5,160 nt of DNA. Source: Tubiluchus corallicola. Its lineage: Eukaryota; Animalia; Priapulida. The notes beneath the pieces are model-generated. The model saw nothing but the letters and a program-made list of their open reading frames with translations. It was not told the DNA's origin and did not search any database. Both the position numbers and the translations under genes were made by a program. Location of the stretch: the NCBI GenBank assembly GCA_030141605.1, contig JAQGDQ010002265.1:1-5160 (forward strand). The letters are read 5' to 3'. Position 1 is the first letter of the stretch. Each line of letters begins with the position of its first letter. Of the stretch, positions 1 through 5,160 are shown one piece after another.

Positions 1-462
1 TCCATTAATTGTTAAAAACTACAGCAGACGCCATGACCAGCACAGAAATCAGCACCAGCGGGAAATCTGTCTCTGTCTTTTTTTAAAAATGGAACAAACG
101 GATTGATCTTCCGCCTTTCTCTATAACCCTTTATTTCTGTCAGCAACTGGCTGCATTTTATGCAGTAATATATCGCAAGCTTTAGTAACAAGTAAATACA
201 ACTTAAAGAAGAAATTTTTACACTTTCCTGTTCTGTTTGCTACGGTTAGTGGCCATGTTAAAGGAAAGAGCAAGTCACTCTGTATGTTAGGTTTATTTCA
301 CTGTTATCACCTAAATTTAGAAAAATATAACAAAGAAATTTACAAAAAAAAACTGTCTGCAAAGCATAAAGCAAATTTATACTACCTCTGAATAGAAATT
401 TTTACGCGTGATGGTTGCCGCCATTCACTTTAGAATCATGACGTAACTGGGAGACTTCGTAA

Positions 463-497
463 CTTTTCGTAAGCGCATCGTGGCTTTCCGTAAGCGC
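463..497 (+). repeat. Short direct duplication (14-bp unit, 21-bp period)
   Basis: CTTTTCGTAAGCGC (463-476) and CTTTCCGTAAGCGC (484-497) are 13/14 identical; a third TTCGTAA lies at 456-462. Confidence 0.7.
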
Positions 498-622
498 GCG
501 CTGCTTAAACTAATTCAAACTTTTGCAGCTTGCTTAATGTTCATGCAAAAATATCTACTTTTTTGTAAAATATTATTATACTTTTGATAAAGAGTGACAG
601 TGCGCTATTTTTCTTGAAGACT

Positions 623-634
623 AATGACGTCATT
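623..634. promoter_or_regulatory. CRE/ATF-type palindrome (AATGACGTCATT), probably carried by the fold-back element
   Basis: Perfect TGACGTCA at 625-632 within a 12-bp palindrome; another perfect copy at 999-1006, near-copies at 439-446 and 888-895. Motif match only, function unknown. Confidence 0.3.
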
Positions 635-1062
635 GGAAGAAGAATGGACATTCAAAATGGGAGCGTCCAAGCACGAAGTGATCGGTACTTTAAAGTGACT
701 TCACTGGTTACACGAGGCGCTTATTGCAGTTTTATTACTAAATCCTTCTAATATCTTTCGCGAACATTAAAATAAGCCTAACCTCCTAGAAGTTTTAATC
801 TTTTCTATAAAATTGTAGTGTGTAAACCTTGCTTATTTAATTATTGAACTACTATTACAATTCTTATTACAATTTGCTTGACGGCGTTGACGTCTAATGC
901 CATTTTTAATCTGCGAGCAGCGGATTCTAAGAGATCCCATGCGCTAATTTCTATGCTGGCCAACAAGTCTGCTGTACTTTCAAAGAATTGAGGGACTGTG
1001 ACGTCAGTCTGGAATATAAGAACTACCGAGCAGCATTGCAACCCCTTTTAATATAGTTGAAC

Positions 1063-2197
1063 TGTATTCTAGTATGATGTTGGGTATGTCCCATACTTAG
1101 GCTGCATTAATAGCTTAATTTAGCTAATTGCTTATGTTAATTGAATGAATCATTAGTTAATTACTCATTAAGCGAATTTATCTACTACAATAAAGCAAGT
1201 TGCGACTGTACATATATGAGCATGCACCTAGTTAGCTCTGGGAAGGGTCTCACCTCATACATGTCCTAGATCTCCTTTACAAGAAAGTAAGTGATTGGTC
1301 ATACGCTCAACTGAACAGGCTATCTAGCCAATAAATCGTCGTGTTAAAGGACAAGGTCATCCAGTTTTACCTGTTTCAGAAATTGAAACCAGGTTCAACA
1401 CAATATGTCGAACGTGCACAGCCAGTGAAGTCGTCGAATATGGCTTCCGACGAACATTTATTAACAATGGAAGTAAAGACTTAATTACACTGGCGACGAA
1501 AATGATTAAAGTGCACTGACACACCAAAGGGCTAGGTGTTCGAGCCCTGAGGCGAAAACACCAGTAAACTGGCTATTATTCGTTATCTGACGTACTGCTG
1601 TAAACGGAGATTCAGGAGATCTGGTGCAGAAACAACCAGGCGATGACCAGACCTTGTGTCAATGGTAGTTTCACGAGTTCCAGGGGTCAAGACTCCACTG
1701 CCCTCCACTAGGATCGGAGAAGTAACCACTTACGACTCCGGTACACCTGACAAGCATTGTAGGAGTGGCCACGTAAGACTCCACCCCCTGCTCGAGCTTT
1801 GGAAGGGTAACTGTTCAACACGAAGTTCGCATAACCGGTTAGTCACGTTATTCCAGCTTCCAGAGTGATGGAGAACGTCAAACGTTGGAATCCGACAGTG
1901 TCCGTCTGCAGTCACTACAACTGATAAGTATACTGTATACTTGCCTTACATCCTTCTCCCTCACCTGGGTTGGGCTAACTAGTCTTCTGTTTATAGTAGG
2001 TTATCTAGAAACGTCGTTTGTAATTATAACAACTTTGTTGTTATTTTGAATTAAAGTGAATTGTTTTTAGTTCTTATCTCATTAAACCAAGATTTTATCG
2101 GTAATATCAAAAACTGTTTTGTTTGCTTCTGTTCGGAATGTCTGTGAACTATGATTAAATGGAATGGTTCGCTGAACCCACGTGTCAGCACGTATCA
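1063..2197 (+). mobile_element. Possible LTR-retrotransposon-derived non-coding segment (solo LTR or LTR plus leader); boundaries uncertain
   Basis: TG-starting candidates at 1063/1075/1078, CCAAT-type boxes (ATTGG 1294-1298, CCAAT 1328-1332), TA-rich TTAAAGG 1344-1350, PBS-like motif at 1491, ATTAAA at 2050/2081/2154 with a GT-rich tract near 2115-2135, and CA-ending candidates at 1489 or 2187-2197. No exact TSD, second LTR or gag/pol ORF found. Confidence 0.3.
1491..1504 (+). other. Primer-binding-site-like motif complementary to the 3' end of tRNA-Ser(GCT)
   Basis: TGGCGACGAAAATG matches TGGCGACGAGGATG (reverse complement of the metazoan tRNA-Ser(GCT) 3' end, from memory) at 12/14, with the first 9 exact, and lies 1 nt after an LTR-end-like TTACA (1485-1489). 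Confidence 0.35.
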
Positions 2198-2433
2198 GAA
2201 ATTAGTAGAAAAAAAGTGTTTGTGGTGCCATAACGAAAGCGCCGTATAACGAAAGGGCTGCCCCACATATCACAGGGACCAATGTTGGTACTGGGCGCTA
2301 TTCAATTTATTCATTTTTTTAGGTTTAAGTCAATACCCAAAGTACTGTGAATCTGCTTCAGAATAAAAACAAATAAATGCTCTGTCCCTCGTGTAAATTC
2401 TGATTATGTTTTTCGCTTTTCCTTTCTCTCTGA

Positions 2434-2795
<362 letters not shown>

Positions 2796-2867
2796 CTGTC
2801 TGCCTCCGTCTCTCAAACGACTGTTTCTCCATTCTTTTCGTTTTTTCGATCATTTTCTATTGCCGAA

Positions 2868-2903
2868 AGTTACATCACGTGAACTATTGCGCGTGATGTA
2901 ACT
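2868..2903. repeat. Hairpin/inverted repeat with perfect 12-bp arms
   Basis: AGTTACATCACG (2868-2879) and CGTGATGTAACT (2892-2903) are exact reverse complements; the 12-nt spacer can pair a little further (T-G, G-C). Confidence 0.85.
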
Positions 2904-3251
2904 GACGTTTCTTTCTGTGCAAATGGCAGGCGATGAATTTTGAAAATTCCGAATTCGTAACGATAGAAAATATCATCTAGACCCTGAAAATGTGACTAAA
3001 AGCAAAATGATCCGAAAACTCAATAGTTCGTAAGTTGGTGAGTTTAGATTTGTCAAATGTTTATATTCATTAATTCAGTGCCTGCTCTGTGGTGGTGTTG
3101 CTTCAGAAAATATTTAGCCATTGTTCTAACACTGTGTAAAAGGAAACAAACATGTAATTTTAAACAAACAAACATATGAAGGTTTATACATAAACTTGAT
3201 AAAATCCTAAAAAGAAAAGAACATTTTTTGCTTATTAATAGCTCAAAATAG

Positions 3252-5160
3252 ATCAAAAAACTTGGTCCACAAAGTAAGCAAGAGATACCAATGGCTGTAT
3301 ATAATGAAGATGGGTCCATTAATGTAAATCATGAAGACGTACTGAATAAATGGAAGCATGAATTTAGTACACTTTTCAGTGGACCTACTGAGTGTGGCAT
3401 CTTCAATGATGAATTTTATATAAATGCAATGCAACAGAAAGCAAATTTGGAGTCTCAACTTGATTACTCAAATTCCAACATGTTTTTGAATAGGGATATC
3501 ACACAGGAGGATGTAGAGAAAGTTGTGAGGAGGGCCAAAAATAAGAAAGCAGTTGGGTATGACAATCTCCCTAATGAGATTTTAAAGCTAAATCAGTCTA
3601 TTAGTGTGCTCTCTGTTTTATTTAATAAGATATTTAACACTGGAGTTATCCCCTCAGTATGGAAATATGCCATTATAAAACCCATACCCAAAGGTTCTCT
3701 TATAGATCCCAAATTGCCTATGCAATATAGGGGAATTTCTTTGCTCTCCACAGTGTATAAATTGTATACTGGTGTCATTAATGTGAGATTAGCTGCATAC
3801 ATGGAGGAGAATGGTATTTACTGCGATGAACAAAATGGCTTTAGGTCGAAAAGATCTTGCACTGATCATATTTATGTGTTAACATCTATACTGAGAAGCA
3901 GAATGAGTATGAATAAGAGCACATATGCTTGTTTCATCGATGCTGAAAAAGCATTTGATCGTGTAGATCGTGATCTCCTGTTGTATAAGTTGTTATGTCA
4001 CAATGTGGATGGTAAAATGTATAGCAGCATTAAGAATATTCTTTCAGATACCTATAGTGCTGTGAATCTAAATGGTATCCTCACTGATAAATTTAAATGT
4101 GAATATGGTGTCAGGCAGGGAGACACTTTGTCACCAACCCTGTTCAGCTTGTATATAAATGATATGGCAGATGATGTAAAGTCCCTAAATATTGGTATTC
4201 CTGTTGGTAATGATAAGATTTGTATTTTAATGTATGCTGATGACGTTGTAATTTTAGCAGAATCTGAAGAAGATCTTCAGAAAATGTTAGATAAGATCAC
4301 TGAGTGGGGAAAGAAATGGAGAATCAAATTTAACAGTAAAAAGTCAAATGTTGTCCATTTCAGAAAACCCCAAGTGAATCAAACTGATGTACTATTTAAA
4401 CTTAGTGATCAGATTTTGAGCACTGTAGATAGGTATAAGTATCTGGGGATTTATCTTAATGAACATTTAGATTATAAGGTTACAGCACAAGTACTGGCAG
4501 ATTCAGGCAGTAGAGCTCTGGGTGCCTTGATTGGTAAATATAAAAAGTTAAATGGGCTGGGTTATTATTCTTTTACTAAGTTATTCAATGCAGGTGTATG
4601 TCCTATACTTGATTATGGTTCAGAAGTATGGGGATATAACAAGTACCCTAAAATTGATACTGTCCAGAATAAGGCATTAAGAATATTTCTTGGTGTTCAT
4701 AATTTTGCTGCTAATCAATGTATACAGGGTGATATGGGATGGTCACCATCTTCAGTTAGAAGAAAGTTATCTATGATAAGGTATTGGAATCGTCTTTTAA
4801 CATTTGATAATTCTAGACTTGTTAAGAGAATATTTCTTTGGGACCGTAATACCAACGTTGGTTGGTCATATGAAATTTCTAAAGTCCTAGAGGAAGCAGG
4901 GTTCCAGCAAGCTTTTGTTAATATGGATACTGTACCTCTTAGCAGAGCATGGGCACAGCTGTATGAGAAACACTGTGTTGATTGGAAAGCAAAAAATGCA
5001 GATTACCCTAAACTTAGAACATATATATTGTATAAGAACAGCTTTGGAGTAGAACCATATGTTTATATTAATATGCAAGGAAAATACAGGTCTGTGCTTG
5101 CAAAGCTAAGAAGTGGTACTCTTCCCCTGGAACTGGAGCATGGTAGGTTTAGAAATGTTA
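3252..5160 (+). mobile_element. 5'-truncated LINE (non-LTR retrotransposon), RTE/RTE-X-like, apparently young; continues beyond the window
   Basis: The element-like peptide starts abruptly at IKKLGPQSKQEIPMAVY (linker before the RT), right after an in-frame TAG. I found no APE-endonuclease-like frame upstream (in-frame stops at 3177 and 3249, AT-rich sequence). There are no stops or frameshifts in 1.9 kb. Confidence 0.9.
3291..5160 (+). CDS. Reverse transcriptase (ORF2 remnant: RT, thumb and C-terminal region) of a non-LTR retrotransposon, RTE group, most like RTE-X; 3' end runs off the window
   Basis: Manual translation: the frame is open from 3252 (after TAG 3249-3251), first ATG at 3291, no stop up to 5159 (623 codons from the ATG). 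Non-LTR RT motifs occur in the correct order: KAVGYD (3546), IPSVWKYAIIKPIPK, YRGISLLS (3726), EQNGFR (3828), FIDAEKAFD (3933-3959), GVRQGDTLSPTLF (Q at 4116), catalytic YADD (4233-4244), YKYLG (4434). Downstream motifs LDYGSEVWG (4608), KLRTY (5010) and LAKLRSGTLPLELEHGR resemble RTE-X elements as I recall them. RT identity is near certain; the clade call is from recognition only. Confidence 0.96.
   Translation, partial: MAVYNEDGSINVNHEDVLNKWKHEFSTLFSGPTECGIFNDEFYINAMQQKANLESQLDYSNSNMFLNRDITQEDVEKVVRRAKNKKAVGYDNLPNEILKLNQSISVLSVLFNKIFNTGVIPSVWKYAIIKPIPKGSLIDPKLPMQYRGISLLSTVYKLYTGVINVRLAAYMEENGIYCDEQNGFRSKRSCTDHIYVLTSILRSRMSMNKSTYACFIDAEKAFDRVDRDLLLYKLLCHNVDGKMYSSIKNILSDTYSAVNLNGILTDKFKCEYGVRQGDTLSPTLFSLYINDMADDVKSLNIGIPVGNDKICILMYADDVVILAESEEDLQKMLDKITEWGKKWRIKFNSKKSNVVHFRKPQVNQTDVLFKLSDQILSTVDRYKYLGIYLNEHLDYKVTAQVLADSGSRALGALIGKYKKLNGLGYYSFTKLFNAGVCPILDYGSEVWGYNKYPKIDTVQNKALRIFLGVHNFAANQCIQGDMGWSPSSVRRKLSMIRYWNRLLTFDNSRLVKRIFLWDRNTNVGWSYEISKVLEEAGFQQAFVNMDTVPLSRAWAQLYEKHCVDWKAKNADYPKLRTYILYKNSFGVEPYVYINMQGKYRSVLAKLRSGTLPLELEHGRFRNV

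Larger units (their letters stand above)
1..995. repeat. Long degenerate inverted repeat (fold-back)
   Basis: Hand alignment: 1-55 vs the reverse complement of 941-995 is 41/55 identical without gaps (shared TACAGCAGAC, CCAGCA, AGAAAT). 83-92 vs rc 900-909 is 10/10. 286-305 vs rc 763-782 is 17/20. 438-450 vs rc 621-633 is 10/13. 521-527 vs rc 544-550 is 7/7. The blocks are nested and collinear. Confidence 0.8.
1..1051. mobile_element. Probable non-autonomous TTAA-specific DNA transposon (MITE-like, Kolobok-like terminus); left end outside the window
   Basis: Fold-back structure plus a right edge GCAGCATTGCAACCCCTT followed by TTAA (1048-1051). Read inward this is TTAA then purines (AAGG), the RR-terminus/TTAA pattern of Kolobok elements rather than the CCY start of piggyBac. 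No transposase ORF. The superfamily call is inference. Confidence 0.5.

Noticed and set aside
493-502. Palindrome AGCGCGCGCT as the axis of the fold-back
   Set aside because: It coincides with the midpoint of the outermost blocks only; the inner blocks place the axis at about 535, so this is likely coincidental.
853-874. TATTACAATT duplicated with a 12-nt period
   Set aside because: AT-rich local slippage duplication with no further significance evident.
841-1041. 66-aa minus-strand ORF that looks protein-like, with an acceptor-like TTCCAG
   Set aside because: It lies in the right arm of the fold-back; the homologous left arm has a TAA in the equivalent frame (6-8) and mismatches show no third-position bias.
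1484-1556. Intact tRNA gene
   Set aside because: A B-box is present, but I could not build an acceptor stem, D-stem or anticodon arm.
1535-1562. Hammerhead-like (GGTGTTC...CTGA...GAAAACACC) or HDV-like (GGCGAA before a P2-like stem) ribozyme
   Set aside because: The hammerhead core needs CUGANGA plus stems I and II; here it is CTGAGGC with no stem II and only 5 nt for stem I. The HDV fold lacks P3/L3 and P4. Retained only as a pseudoknot candidate.
1656-1915. Overlapping 70-aa (+) and 61-aa (-) ORFs
   Set aside because: Short, no recognisable domain (no gag zinc knuckle or protease motif), and expected by chance in a GC-richer patch.
3180-3251. In-frame peptide RFIHKLDKILKRKEHFLLINSSK-stop as an upstream continuation of ORF2
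   Set aside because: Only vague basic/helical resemblance, bounded by stops at 3177 and 3249, and inconsistent with the otherwise undamaged ORF; treated as flanking DNA.
4263-4281. 8-bp inverted repeat TCTGAAGA/TCTTCAGA containing CTGAAGA
   Set aside because: Falls within the RT coding motif SEEDLQ and has no hammerhead stems; chance.
3053-5078. Minus-strand ORFs 3053-3319, 3243-3458, 3593-3802 and 4887-5078
   Set aside because: Short antisense frames largely overlapping the real RT ORF, with no motifs of their own.
3291-5160. Bacterial RT system (retron, group II intron, DGR, defence RT) or CRISPR association
   Set aside because: The motif set and C-terminal extension are those of eukaryotic non-LTR RTs; the context is gene-poor with a long microsatellite, and there is no operon, repeat-spacer array or TR/VR pair.

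Overview
This is AT-rich, repeat-dense eukaryotic DNA, probably from an invertebrate animal (inferred from the repeat types). No host gene, RNA gene or CRISPR array is supportable. From 5' to 3': (1) 1-1051 is a degenerate fold-back (long imperfect inverted repeat) whose inner axis falls on a TTAA at 534-537 and whose right edge ends ...CCCCTT|TTAA, suggesting a non-autonomous TTAA-specific DNA transposon. (2) About 1063-2200 is a CpG-rich, hairpin-rich non-coding segment with some LTR-like features, including a tRNA-Ser(GCT)-type PBS-like motif at 1491 and a compact pseudoknot candidate at 1521-1562 (low confidence). (3) 2436-2789 is a perfect (CT)177 microsatellite, followed by a 12-bp-arm hairpin. 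(4) From 3252 to the window end is an uninterrupted reading frame (at least 636 codons, absent from the supplied ORF track, presumably because it has no stop inside the window) encoding a non-LTR retrotransposon reverse transcriptase of the RTE group, most like RTE-X. It is 5'-truncated and lacks the endonuclease. The supplied short ORFs look spurious. I see no firm evidence of a new biological system; the best leads are the fold-back element, the intact endonuclease-less RT behind splice-like signals, and the PBS/pseudoknot cluster.
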